A DNA stretch of 64,000 nucleotides from a virus (Duplodnaviria; Heunggongvirae; Uroviricota; Caudoviricetes), in IMG/VR virus record IMGVR_UViG_2909314774_000001; one strand, 5' to 3'. The position numbers and the translations under genes are program-made. The notes beneath the pieces were generated by a model. The model worked only from the letters and a program-made list of their open reading frames with translations, was not told the DNA's origin and made no database searches. Positions 28,829 to 38,766 of this stretch are shown one piece after another (within the stretch, counting starts at the first letter, position 1; each line of letters opens with the position of its first letter).

Positions 28829-29252
28829 CGCCAGTCGCATTATTTACTTTTGGTCGAAAGGGTTTTTGGCCAGTAATGAGAGCGACCGACAACAACAGAG
28901 AGAGAGCATGAATATTTCGTGGCAAACAGAAATTGCGATCTACCGCTTTGGCGCAAAGAACGTTTACGGCGAGGCGCAATTACAATTCGTCAGGAAGACG
29001 AATGTCGGCGTGGTTAAGTTCGAACAGAGTAATGAGAAATCGTCAGTTCGTGCTGATAGCTCTGGTAGTCGTGGTAAGGCGAGTCTGGAGCTGTTTGATG
29101 CTGTGTTAGTTGTCCCTTTAGAAGCGGCTGTACAACTTGATGATGTGCTGATCCTTGAAGGTCAAAAATTAAAGGTGTCCAGTGTTCATCGCCGCTGGGG
29201 GCTACGAGGAAGACCTGGGCATCTTGAAGTAGGGGCGAATATATGGGTCTGA
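28812..29252 (+). CDS. hypothetical head-tail joining protein
   Basis: ORF with overlapping start. Confidence 0.4.
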   Translation: MFAVRNASRIIYFWSKGFLASNESDRQQQRESMNISWQTEIAIYRFGAKNVYGEAQLQFVRKTNVGVVKFEQSNEKSSVRADSSGSRGKASLELFDAVLVVPLEAAVQLDDVLILEGQKLKVSSVHRRWGLRGRPGHLEVGANIWV

Positions 29253-29716
29253 AATACGATGCGCATCAGTTCAAACGTGCGGGGAATCGACTCAACAACA
29301 GCCAGAAAGCATTTAAGCGATATCTTATCCGGGACATGGAAAAGCTGGCGCGTTTGGTTGAGCGTCTCAGCCGTGCAATGGCCCCGCTGGAAACCGGATC
29401 TCTGGAGACAGCCATCTTTGCCAGGGTGATTAAAGAAGGTTATTCAGGGCTGCGTATTGAGCTTTCTGTGTCTGGAGCAAAACCACGTCAGGGGCATCCG
29501 GGCGTAGAAGTCGGTGACTATGCTAAGTACATGGAGCTGGGTAAATACCGACTCGGTTATCTTTCTCGAATGAAGAACGTGACAAACCCACCAATTGCCG
29601 GTGTTAAACCCCGTGTTGGGCCACACTTTCTGGAAAGAGCGGTGGAAATTAGCGAGAAGCAGTTCTCAGAAGCGATTCTTGAGGCTGCCAGAAAAGCCGG
29701 ATTTACGAGAGGTTAA
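29243..29716 (+). CDS. hypothetical head-tail joining protein
   Basis: ORF with overlapping start. Confidence 0.4.
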   Translation: MGLKYDAHQFKRAGNRLNNSQKAFKRYLIRDMEKLARLVERLSRAMAPLETGSLETAIFARVIKEGYSGLRIELSVSGAKPRQGHPGVEVGDYAKYMELGKYRLGYLSRMKNVTNPPIAGVKPRVGPHFLERAVEISEKQFSEAILEAARKAGFTRG

Positions 29717-29718
29717 TG

Positions 29719-30101
29719 TGTTTATTGAAGCGTTTGCAAGTTTGATGCAGAAGGCAAAGATTGGCACGGTCGGGACTGACATTTTCTGTCACTACTTGCC
29801 TGCCAATGTGAAATCTGGCGTCCTGCTTATTAACCCAAATACCGGCATCAGCATCGATCATGAGCTACAGGGCTTTTATCACGAATCATTCACAATCATT
29901 GTGCGTGGTTCGTCAATTACTACGACGGTTGAGAAAGCCCATAAAATCATTGAGATGTTTCCAGTAGAGGAAACGGAATCTGGTGGTGTTTATTTTCGAC
30001 TTGTACGACCGATGGCGATGCCAATCATTTATCCCAAAAATGATGGGGCATTAATAGAAGCAGGCATTCCTGTTGAATTTGCTGGCTATTTATTGAATTA
30101 A
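29719..30101 (+). CDS. hypothetical tail completion protein
   Basis: ORF, start inferred to follow the previous stop. Confidence 0.35.
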
Positions 30102-30175
30102 CTCAATTAGTAAGTATATACTTACTATTAGCGCAATGAATGCGTAGAATTAACGGAAAAAGGAGTTTTCCATCA

Positions 30176-30922
30176 ATGTCTAATACCCATGTAAAAAACA
30201 TCAAACTTGGTGCCTGTAAGGTGTCGTTTGGTGGTGTGGATTTGGGTTACACCAAAGGTGGTGTTCAGGTTGAAGTAGCCACTGAAACGCTGAAAGTCAC
30301 CGTCGATCAGTTGGGGCAGACCGTAATTTCCGAATTAGTTCAGGGGCGCAACATTACCATCACCGCGCCTCTGGCTGAGTCTGTACTCCAAAACATGGTT
30401 GACCTGATGCCTGGTTCTACTCTGAGCGAAGATGACAACTCTGTCACGATCACATCTGCACAGGGCGTTAACCTGATTGATGTGGCGAAGGAGCTGGTTC
30501 TGACTCCGCAGGACACCACCGACTATGTGTTGACCATCCCGAAAGCGGCAACCGCGGGCAACTTCACTATGACCTACCAGTCTGATGATGTTCGTGTGTT
30601 CTCTGTTCAGTTCAGCGCATACCCGGATGATGAAGGCGTTCTGGGCAAAATGAGCGGTCCTAAACCGGTAAAAACTGTGTCGATCTCACCGGAATCTCCA
30701 ACCGTAAAAGCTGGAGAAACTGTGCAACTGACAGCCGAAATCACTCCAGCTGATGCCGCAGACAAAACCGGTGTTTGGGAATCCGAAGACCAGGAAAAGG
30801 CCACGGTAGATCAAACGGGTCTGGTACGTGGTGTGGCGCAGGGTTCTACAAATATCTCCTTCACCAGCAATAGCGGTGGTAAGAAGGCAACTAAGTCAGT
30901 AACGATTAACCCCGCAGATTAA
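30176..30922 (+). CDS. major tail protein with C-terminal Ig-like (Big_2) domain
   Basis: RBS AAAAAGGAG; C-terminal SISPESPTVKAGETVQLTAEITPADAADKTGVWES..GVAQGST; same position and architecture as lambda gpV. Confidence 0.7.
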   Translation: MSNTHVKNIKLGACKVSFGGVDLGYTKGGVQVEVATETLKVTVDQLGQTVISELVQGRNITITAPLAESVLQNMVDLMPGSTLSEDDNSVTITSAQGVNLIDVAKELVLTPQDTTDYVLTIPKAATAGNFTMTYQSDDVRVFSVQFSAYPDDEGVLGKMSGPKPVKTVSISPESPTVKAGETVQLTAEITPADAADKTGVWESEDQEKATVDQTGLVRGVAQGSTNISFTSNSGGKKATKSVTINPAD

Positions 30923-30977
30923 TCAGTAATTAAGCAGAGGCTCAGGATGGGCCTCTCTTTTAAAAGGATTTTAACCA

Positions 30978-31295
30978 ATGACCAAATTACTCGATCTCGA
31001 TTCCATTCTGCCTCCGAAGAAAAGCATCAAATTTGGCGGTCAGGAATATCCCATCGTTGAAATGACGGTAGGTCTGTTCGTTTCCATCAAGCAGATGGAA
31101 GGCAAAGATCTCATGAACATGTCTCCTGTTGAGCAAGTGACAGCTTATGCAGATCTGGTTCGTAAGGTTATCCCTTCAGTACCTGACGAAGTTCTTGAAA
31201 AACTGACTGTTCCGCAACTCCAGCAGATCTTCACCTTCGCTATGGAAGTGATTGATGAAGAAAACGAAAAAGCGGCTGGCGAAGGGGCAAAGTAA
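30978..31295 (+). CDS. tail assembly chaperone (gpG-like)
   Basis: small acidic ORF directly upstream of the tape measure gene. Confidence 0.6.
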   Translation: MTKLLDLDSILPPKKSIKFGGQEYPIVEMTVGLFVSIKQMEGKDLMNMSPVEQVTAYADLVRKVIPSVPDEVLEKLTVPQLQQIFTFAMEVIDEENEKAAGEGAK

Positions 31296-31645
31296 TTTCC
31301 CGCGATGAATCCGGGACAAGGACCGTCTCAATAGATCTCGGATTCTATTTCAGTCGTGTAGTTGCTCACTACGCCGTGTCGCCATTAGAGCTACTGAACG
31401 TTCCTCTCACGATGTTCTGGATGCTCAGTCGCAATATAGACCGTCTGCGTGCGGAAGAGGATGTCCGCAACTTACAAGTCGCTCGTGCGTCCCAGGCGGA
31501 TGGCGAGGCTGTGAAGGCGTTCATGGAGGGTTTGCAACTCAGGATTGGAAGACCAGTCGTAACAGATAAAGTCTACGATCCAAGCCAGGATAAGGCAGAC
31601 CCTGACGCCAAAGAGCAACTGATGCAAATATTTGGCAGAGGATGA
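31259..31645 (+). CDS. tail assembly chaperone -1 frameshift extension (gpGT-like T segment)
   Basis: the -1 frame is open from about 31259 through 31645, overlapping the end of the G-like gene and ending at the tape measure start; A-rich slippery stretch near 31266-31272. Confidence 0.45.
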   Translation, partial: RKRKSGWRRGKVISRDESGTRTVSIDLGFYFSRVVAHYAVSPLELLNVPLTMFWMLSRNIDRLRAEEDVRNLQVARASQADGEAVKAFMEGLQLRIGRPVVTDKVYDPSQDKADPDAKEQLMQIFGRG

Positions 31646-31652
31646 CAAGGGA

Positions 31653-34600
31653 ATGTCACAAAACGTAGAGTTTATCCTGTCGCTGGAAGACAAACAGTTT
31701 ACAGCGTCAATCGATCGTGCGGGGAAACTGCTTACTCGATTTGGTGAGCAGGTAACAAAGCCTGCTCAAAAAATCCAAACCTTTGAACGCTCTTTGGGTT
31801 CGGTCGCCCGTATCATTGGCGTTCTGGAAAGCAAGCTCGATTCTACGGCAGATAAACTACAGGATGTAGCTGCCGGTTTTGAGCTTGCTTCAGATGCTAC
31901 GCGTAAAATGCGTGGCAACATCACCAGCCTCAATTCTGGTCTTAAAGCCCTGATTGAGCGCGTCGATACGACAACTTCTTCAGTAGATAAACTCACCGCG
32001 TCATTACGTAAAGTGCAATCAGAGCTAAATGATTTCTCTGATTGGGCGACCTATGCAAGCAAAAGCGCAAGCCGCTTTGGTACGGAGGTCAAAGAAGCCT
32101 CTGCGTCCGTGAGTGGCATGAATACGCGCCTTAATACCACGACGAAGCGACTCAGTAATTGGGGTGTCACAACGAGTCAGGCTGCCGAGGGACTGAAAAA
32201 GGTTCGTGAGCAGATGGACGAAGTTATCGGACGTCAGCAACTGATTAGCAAGCCGGTACGCGTTCGTACATCTGGAAGTGGCGATGGTGGTAGCGGGCGG
32301 CGTAGCGGCGCTTCTGGCCATAGCGGTAAAAGTAACGAAGGAGGTATGTTCTCTGGCCTTCGTGGCAACATTTTCCTGCTTGGCGAGATCGGAGATGCAG
32401 CCAGAACGGTTACTGACATCATGTTTGGATGGCAGAAGCCTATTGTTGAAGCTGCGGCCGAAATGGAACGTATGCGGGTGATGCTTCGTGGGTTGAATAA
32501 GGAGAAGTCTAACCCTGGCCAGGCTGCCGCCGATGACATGAAGTACATCGTAGACATGGCTCAAAATGCGCCGTTCGCGATGCAGGCGTTAACAGATTCC
32601 TTCGTGAAGTTTCGTTCTGCTGGCTTAGATCCAACCGATGGCTCTCTGAAGGCGCTGGTGGACTCCGTTGCTCGTTTTGGTGGTGATAGTGAGCTGTTGA
32701 AACGTGCGGCTGTGGCCGTTCAGCAGATGTCCGGTAAGGGCGTCGTGTCAATGGAAGAGCTACGTCAGCAATTAGGTGAAGCCGTTCCTAACGCGATGCA
32801 GGCAATGGCAGACGCCGCAGGCATCACTATGGGGGAACTGACTAAAGCCGTTGCCAGCGGTACGGTTGAGGCAAAACAGGCGTTGTCTCTGATGTTTGTT
32901 GGTCTGCGTGCGGAGAATGAGAACGCAGCGAAAGACATGATGCAAACCTACACAGGTGCGCTGGCGCAACTTCAGACGTCATTCACGTTATTTGCTGATC
33001 GGGTTGGTCAGGCCGGATATCTGGATTCTCTATCGAAGGGGATGAAAGAACTGGCTTCAATCATGAATAGCGCCGAAGGGATTTCGTTTGCCAATTCTTT
33101 AGGTTCGGGGTTAACAACGGCAATCGATGGGTTGCGTCAGCTTGCTCAATGGTTAGCAAAGAACCAAGAGCTGGTAATTAATCTCGGTAAGGTCGTGGCC
33201 GCGATGGTTGCGTTCAAACTGATGCGAGCAGGGATCATGGGGGTAGTTGGCGCTGGGAGCCAGATGGTTAGCACCTTTGCCACGATGGCGACCGCCATAC
33301 AGACTCCATTTAACCTCGGCGCTACAGCAGTAACTCGATTCAATCGTGCGGCACGTATGGGGCTGGCTCCGATCCCCTCTCTTATTTTCGCCATCCGTGG
33401 GGCGATTACGGGGCTTAAAGGCGCTTTTGCTGGATTAACGGCGTTCATTGCAGCAAACCCTATAGGGGCAGCATTTACAGTTGCCACTGTAGCTGTTGCT
33501 GGCCTAATCACGTACATGACCATGCTCCGCAGCGAAACTTCAAAGGTCGTTGACGAGATTAGGAAAATACCAGAAGCGATGACAGCGGCCAAACGTGCAC
33601 AAATGGCCGACCGCGCAGAAAAGCTCGAAAAGCAGATTCTTGCTGATCAACGAGCATTAAAAACTGGTGAGGGTGTTAATTACGTATCTAACTCTGCCGG
33701 TGTTATTACTCACAAAGAGTCGAAGGCTGACATCGAAGCACGCCTGAAAAAAAATCAGGAGGAGTATCAAAAGATAACCGGCACGATAGCTCTTGGTGAC
33801 GGCGCTGTAGCAAAGCGTTTGGCTAAAGAGGCTGCCGAATCTCAGATTGAGAAAATTCGAGCGGAAAACCAGATTTTCGCGGCAACATTCGTGAAAGCCC
33901 GGCAAGAGGCTCTGGATAAGATCCAGAAAATCAATGATGACGGTTCACTTTCAGATGACGAAAAGAACAAGCTATTGGCACCGTTACGTGAAACGGTAAA
34001 CAAAAGCTATCTGGAGCCTGCGCAAAAACTGGTTGATTCACTTTCTTCTCGTAAGAATGCGACCGAGAAGCAAATTGCGACTCTTAATGATCAGCTTGAA
34101 AAAGCCAAAAAGGATGGAAATACCGAGCAGATCCAGAAACTGCAAGGCAGTATTCGTGGTTATCAGGAGCATTTGGAAGCCGTTGCTCAGGAGCTGACTC
34201 AGGCAGAGTTCGAGAGAGATAACGCGGCCAAAACTGGTAAGGGCGTAATGTCAAACCAGGGGACTGTTCTTGGGTTAGGTACAACTGATAAAGCTGCTCA
34301 GAAGGCGCTGGCGCAATATATGCGAAACCAGATGGATTCTGCGACTTATCAACGTACTTTGCCTGACGGCACTCCGATGATGGACTTCGAAGGTAAGCCG
34401 ATTATTGGGCCTAAACAACTCAAGACGCAGCTTAATTTGCAGAAAGCATCCAGCGCCAGCTCTCTGGAGAAAATGAGCGATGAAGAGCGTGCCGCAGCCA
34501 TTGCTGCACTGACTAAAGCTCGTGAACAGGATGCCGCAGCCGCCGAGAAAGCAGCCCAACGATCAGCTAACGCCTCGCAGCGTGCGGCCAAGAAGGAACA

Positions 34601-36224
34601 GGCAGCGCAACAGAAACTGGCAGCCGGATACCAGAAGGCTCTGGACAAAGCCGATCAGCTTATGGGGCAAATGGGTGAAAGCTCTAAGGCTACGGTATCG
34701 TTTGATCAGTCTCTTCGCGATACAACGAAATCGCTGACAGATTTGGCTAATGCGGTTCCTAACGAGTTCATCACTCAAGAGATGATCGACAAGGCGAAAA
34801 AACGTCTTGAAGACCTCAAAAATGCGACACCTGAATATCGCGAGATGTTTAATCGCCGCAATGTTGAGCAGATGATCTCCACCTGGGCACCGGAGGCGGA
34901 TTCCATTATTAGTGCTGGCTATACGCCGTCTCGCGAAGAGAAAGTTGCTGATTTCGAAGACACCTACAACCGCAATCTCAAAGCGTTGATAGAACTTCGT
35001 GATAAGGCGTCTGATCCTAAAGTTGTGGCGCTTTATACAAAGAAAATCAATCAACTGATTGCTGCTGGCAATACCGCGCTTATTAAAGAGACGGGGATTG
35101 CGACGCAGAAGTTGGCACTGGAATACGAAAACCTGGCAGAGCAGATCGAAAGCACCTGGACTGATTTGTTTAGTGGCTTAACTGATGTCCTGACTGATTT
35201 CGTTATTAACGGGAAGATGAGCTTCTCCAGCCTATCTCAGTCCATTTTGAAAGACATCACCAATATGGTCGTGAAGTCGCAGATCACGCTGCCTCTAATG
35301 AACATGTTGGGGATGGGAACCACCGCAGCTGGTAGTTCACAGAGTGGTAATTTGCTGACCGGGGTTGCTTCCGCCGTTGCCAATCAAGGGGTACGAATGG
35401 GCAACACTGTTAACGGCGACAAGTCGGTAGGAGAAGCCACGAAGGAGACGTCCAGTTCGGTAACTGGATTGGGGCAAACGACACAGCAGACCACCAGCGC
35501 AATTGGCACAGCAACAAATGCGATTGGTAGCTGGGTATCAGGGCTATTTGATAGCACCGAAGCCAAAGATGCTGAGACAAAAGCAGTGAAGGATTCCATC
35601 TTCTCGATGCAGAACCTCAGCTCTGTTACCGGTGCTCTGTCTGCCGCGTTTGCAATGCTTGGAGCTAATGCTTCCGGCTCTGGTAATAAGTGGTTGAATT
35701 TCGGCGCGACAGTTGCATCTGGGTTGGTTTCAGTATGGGCTGGTGGTGGATTCGATGGATTGATGTCCGGTTCTTCTGGCTCAACTTCCGGGTTCAACAA
35801 TCTGACCAGTTCTGCTGCCGATGGCACGAATGGTATTCCTGCAATTCCGAAGTTTGCAAATGGTGGCATATTCGGAAAAGACGGCGTGATCCCGCTCCGG
35901 GCATACCAGAAAGGCGGTATCGCCAACTCACCTCAATTGGCGTTGTTTGGGGAAGGCGATATGAATGAGGCGTATGTTCCATTGCCTGATGGTCGAACAA
36001 TCCCTGTAACGCTCAGTACCGATGGTATGAGTGGAGGAGGAAATGTTCTTTCTCCGGTATCAATTGAGATCAACGTCCATAGTGACGGTAGCACAACTGA
36101 ATCCGGCGATACAGAAAGCATATGGAACAATGCCGCTCAACGGATGAAAGCAATCGCGCTTGAGACTATCGCTCAAGAGAAACGCCCTGGCGGATCACTC
36201 AACCCAAACACTCAACGTAACTAA
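31653..36224 (+). CDS. tail tape measure protein
   Basis: about 1520 aa, helical and low-complexity, after G/GT; RBS before ATG 31653. Confidence 0.85.
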   Translation: MSQNVEFILSLEDKQFTASIDRAGKLLTRFGEQVTKPAQKIQTFERSLGSVARIIGVLESKLDSTADKLQDVAAGFELASDATRKMRGNITSLNSGLKALIERVDTTTSSVDKLTASLRKVQSELNDFSDWATYASKSASRFGTEVKEASASVSGMNTRLNTTTKRLSNWGVTTSQAAEGLKKVREQMDEVIGRQQLISKPVRVRTSGSGDGGSGRRSGASGHSGKSNEGGMFSGLRGNIFLLGEIGDAARTVTDIMFGWQKPIVEAAAEMERMRVMLRGLNKEKSNPGQAAADDMKYIVDMAQNAPFAMQALTDSFVKFRSAGLDPTDGSLKALVDSVARFGGDSELLKRAAVAVQQMSGKGVVSMEELRQQLGEAVPNAMQAMADAAGITMGELTKAVASGTVEAKQALSLMFVGLRAENENAAKDMMQTYTGALAQLQTSFTLFADRVGQAGYLDSLSKGMKELASIMNSAEGISFANSLGSGLTTAIDGLRQLAQWLAKNQELVINLGKVVAAMVAFKLMRAGIMGVVGAGSQMVSTFATMATAIQTPFNLGATAVTRFNRAARMGLAPIPSLIFAIRGAITGLKGAFAGLTAFIAANPIGAAFTVATVAVAGLITYMTMLRSETSKVVDEIRKIPEAMTAAKRAQMADRAEKLEKQILADQRALKTGEGVNYVSNSAGVITHKESKADIEARLKKNQEEYQKITGTIALGDGAVAKRLAKEAAESQIEKIRAENQIFAATFVKARQEALDKIQKINDDGSLSDDEKNKLLAPLRETVNKSYLEPAQKLVDSLSSRKNATEKQIATLNDQLEKAKKDGNTEQIQKLQGSIRGYQEHLEAVAQELTQAEFERDNAAKTGKGVMSNQGTVLGLGTTDKAAQKALAQYMRNQMDSATYQRTLPDGTPMMDFEGKPIIGPKQLKTQLNLQKASSASSLEKMSDEERAAAIAALTKAREQDAAAAEKAAQRSANASQRAAKKEQAAQQKLAAGYQKALDKADQLMGQMGESSKATVSFDQSLRDTTKSLTDLANAVPNEFITQEMIDKAKKRLEDLKNATPEYREMFNRRNVEQMISTWAPEADSIISAGYTPSREEKVADFEDTYNRNLKALIELRDKASDPKVVALYTKKINQLIAAGNTALIKETGIATQKLALEYENLAEQIESTWTDLFSGLTDVLTDFVINGKMSFSSLSQSILKDITNMVVKSQITLPLMNMLGMGTTAAGSSQSGNLLTGVASAVANQGVRMGNTVNGDKSVGEATKETSSSVTGLGQTTQQTTSAIGTATNAIGSWVSGLFDSTEAKDAETKAVKDSIFSMQNLSSVTGALSAAFAMLGANASGSGNKWLNFGATVASGLVSVWAGGGFDGLMSGSSGSTSGFNNLTSSAADGTNGIPAIPKFANGGIFGKDGVIPLRAYQKGGIANSPQLALFGEGDMNEAYVPLPDGRTIPVTLSTDGMSGGGNVLSPVSIEINVHSDGSTTESGDTESIWNNAAQRMKAIALETIAQEKRPGGSLNPNTQRN

Positions 36225-36266
36225 CTATCGACTGCCCCGACCGGGGCAGTCTCACAAGGATGTGAG

Positions 36267-36602
36267 ATGGAAAGACAAACGTTTAATTGGTATCCAGATT
36301 ACGAATCTGAAAAAAGCGTAAAACCGAATGTAACGATACTTAATTTTGGTGATGACTACGAGCAGCGACAGGCTCAAGGTCTTAATCGTATTAAAGAAGA
36401 ATGGTCGTTAACCTTTACCAGATCATACAACGAAATTAATGCAATCGATGACTTCCTGACTGAGCGAGCAGGCGTTGAGTCGTTCTATTGGGTTAATCCA
36501 AGAGGAAAACGGATTGTAGTTGTATGTGACAGTCATACGGTCAAGCGATATCAGGGGTACTGTGTCTTAACTGCTACATTCAGACAAGTATTTGAGGCTT
36601 AA
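36267..36602 (+). CDS. minor tail protein (gpM-like)
   Basis: 111-aa ORF following the tape measure gene. Confidence 0.6.
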   Translation: MERQTFNWYPDYESEKSVKPNVTILNFGDDYEQRQAQGLNRIKEEWSLTFTRSYNEINAIDDFLTERAGVESFYWVNPRGKRIVVVCDSHTVKRYQGYCVLTATFRQVFEA

Positions 36603-36651
36603 GTATCTGGATAAGTAAGTACTAATTTACTATCATTGTGGCGCTGACAGG

Positions 36652-37383
36652 ATGTTAGCGCCTACTTATTTCAAGGATGAAACAATGGGAATTAAAGCTG
36701 ATATTCAGAGCTTATCTCCCTCTGCACTCATTGAGTTGTTCGTACTGGATATGTCGAACACAACTTCAGGGGGGAAGCTATTCTTCCACGCCGGAACAAA
36801 CGAACTGATGCAACCGGTCGTCTGGCAAGGAGTGACATACGAGCCGTGGCCAATCAAAGCATCAGGCTTTGACAAAACTGGCCAGGGAACGTTGCCACGT
36901 CCAAAAATTCAGGTATCGAACTTTGCCGGAACTGTCTCTGCGGAAGTTCAGGCAAACGACGATCTTGTTGGCTGCCGCATTATTCGCAAGATGACACTGG
37001 CTCGCTTCCTCGATGCCGTTAATTTTAAAGACGGCAACCCAACAGCAGATCCAAACCAACATTTCCCGGATGAAATGTGGTTTATCGAACAGAAAACTCT
37101 CGAAACTCATCAGGTTGTCGAGTTTGAATTGTCCAGTGTGTTCGATTTGATGGGGGTGCAACTGCCGTATCGTCAGATCATTAAAAACACCTGCCCGTGG
37201 AAATACCGAGGGCCAGAATGCGGCTATACCGGTCCATATTTCGACAAAAATAACCAGCAGACGTCTATGTCTGGTGCGGATTACTGCACAAAACGTTATG
37301 ACGCCTGTAATGCGCGTCGGAATTATTTTGCCGACGGTGTGATCCATTTTGGCGGATTTATTGGAGCTACGCGGTATGGGTAA
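36652..37383 (+). CDS. minor tail protein (gpL-like)
   Basis: 243-aa Cys-containing ORF in the M-L-K-I-J order. Confidence 0.65.
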   Translation: MLAPTYFKDETMGIKADIQSLSPSALIELFVLDMSNTTSGGKLFFHAGTNELMQPVVWQGVTYEPWPIKASGFDKTGQGTLPRPKIQVSNFAGTVSAEVQANDDLVGCRIIRKMTLARFLDAVNFKDGNPTADPNQHFPDEMWFIEQKTLETHQVVEFELSSVFDLMGVQLPYRQIIKNTCPWKYRGPECGYTGPYFDKNNQQTSMSGADYCTKRYDACNARRNYFADGVIHFGGFIGATRYG

Positions 37384-38173
37384 TAAAGCAATCCCTGAGC
37401 TTGGCTCTGACGTTATGCAGCAAATCTATCTCTGCGCCATAAATCGCTACCCTAATGAAGCGTGTGGCTTTCTGGTTAGAACTAATGGCGACAAATATCG
37501 CTTTATGGAAGCGCGGAATGTTTCGGAGAACCCGCAGAACACTTTTGTAATGCACGTTGACGACATTATGGCGGCAGAGGATGCGGGTGATGTTATCGCA
37601 ATCTGGCATTCACATACTGATGAATCAGCAGAAGCATCTGATGCCGATCGTGCAGGCTGCGAAGCGACGGAAGTTCCGTGGATGATTCTGGCTATTCGCA
37701 AGAATGTTGAGGGAGATGCCCCTTTCCATTTTAGCGAGATGAATGTGATCACACCTGATGGTTTCGAAATGCCATACCTGGGCAGACCGTATGTATTTGG
37801 CGTATTCGATTGCTGGATGTTGTGTCGGGACTATTTGAAGCGTGAGTTTAACGTCGAACTAAACCCGAACGCACACCTGCATATTCCATCGTGGTACACC
37901 GGCGATAACGACATTCTCGATCAGAACTACCGTAACGAGGGATTGGTGCGTCTTGCGCCCGGAACAGAGCCTCAACGTGGGGACATCTTCTTTATCCAAT
38001 ACGGGAAAATGCCTGACCACTGCGCGGTTTATATCGGCGATGGAATGATTCTTCATCACCAGATCGACCGCCTTAGTTGTCGTGCTTATTACGGCGGAAT
38101 GTATCAGAAACATACGACGCATCACTTGCGTCACAGAGACTTGCTCAAGGGAGATGAGACGTGTCTGAGTTAG
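37349..38173 (+). CDS. tail assembly protein (gpK-like; JAB/MPN + NlpC/P60-like)
   Basis: JAMM-type motif IAIWHSHTDESAEASDADR and Cys/His region downstream. Confidence 0.7.
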   Translation: MADLLELRGMGNKAIPELGSDVMQQIYLCAINRYPNEACGFLVRTNGDKYRFMEARNVSENPQNTFVMHVDDIMAAEDAGDVIAIWHSHTDESAEASDADRAGCEATEVPWMILAIRKNVEGDAPFHFSEMNVITPDGFEMPYLGRPYVFGVFDCWMLCRDYLKREFNVELNPNAHLHIPSWYTGDNDILDQNYRNEGLVRLAPGTEPQRGDIFFIQYGKMPDHCAVYIGDGMILHHQIDRLSCRAYYGGMYQKHTTHHLRHRDLLKGDETCLS

Positions 38174-38754
38174 TTCATGTGCAGCTTGGCGGCCCTATGG
38201 CCAAACATTTTGGCCGCCACTGGCATCTAAAGGTGCGCAATACAAAACAGGCTCTGGATTTAATTGAGGCCAACAAGCCTGGGTTTAAAGCATGGATGAA
38301 GCGCAATATCAAAACCTATGACCGTTACCACATCCAGATCACCAATAAACAGGGCCACAAGTGGTCTGTTGACGAAAGTGAATATCAGATGATGGGGCAG
38401 TCTGACAACATTGCCAAAATCCGCATTACACCTGTTCCGCGAGGAAGCGGTGGATCTGCTTTTGGGTGGTTTCAGACGGTAGTAGGGGCCGCTTTGTTGG
38501 TTGTATCGGCGGTAGTGATGCCTGCTTTAGCACCTATCGGTTTGTCACTGATGATGGGCGGCATATCACAAATCATATCGCCGCAAGCCACTAACGAAAG
38601 TGTGAGACAGGCAGATAACTCGAACTCTTATTATTTCGACGGCCCTCAAAATACAGAAAACCAGGGCAACCCAGTACAACTTATCTATGGCGAGGAAATT
38701 CTGGTTGGCTCACAGGTTGTGAGTTCTTCAATCACGATTGACCAGCTAATGTAA
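38161..38754 (+). CDS. tail assembly protein (gpI-like)
   Basis: 197-aa ORF with hydrophobic central segment. Confidence 0.6.
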   Translation: MSELVHVQLGGPMAKHFGRHWHLKVRNTKQALDLIEANKPGFKAWMKRNIKTYDRYHIQITNKQGHKWSVDESEYQMMGQSDNIAKIRITPVPRGSGGSAFGWFQTVVGAALLVVSAVVMPALAPIGLSLMMGGISQIISPQATNESVRQADNSNSYYFDGPQNTENQGNPVQLIYGEEILVGSQVVSSSITIDQLM

Positions 38755-38766
38755 ACAAGGATTTTT

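Noticed and set aside
32025-35926. Numerous ORFs of 60-180 aa on both strands inside the tape measure gene
   Set aside because: All nested within the 1520-aa tape measure reading frame; typical spurious frames in a long repetitive gene.
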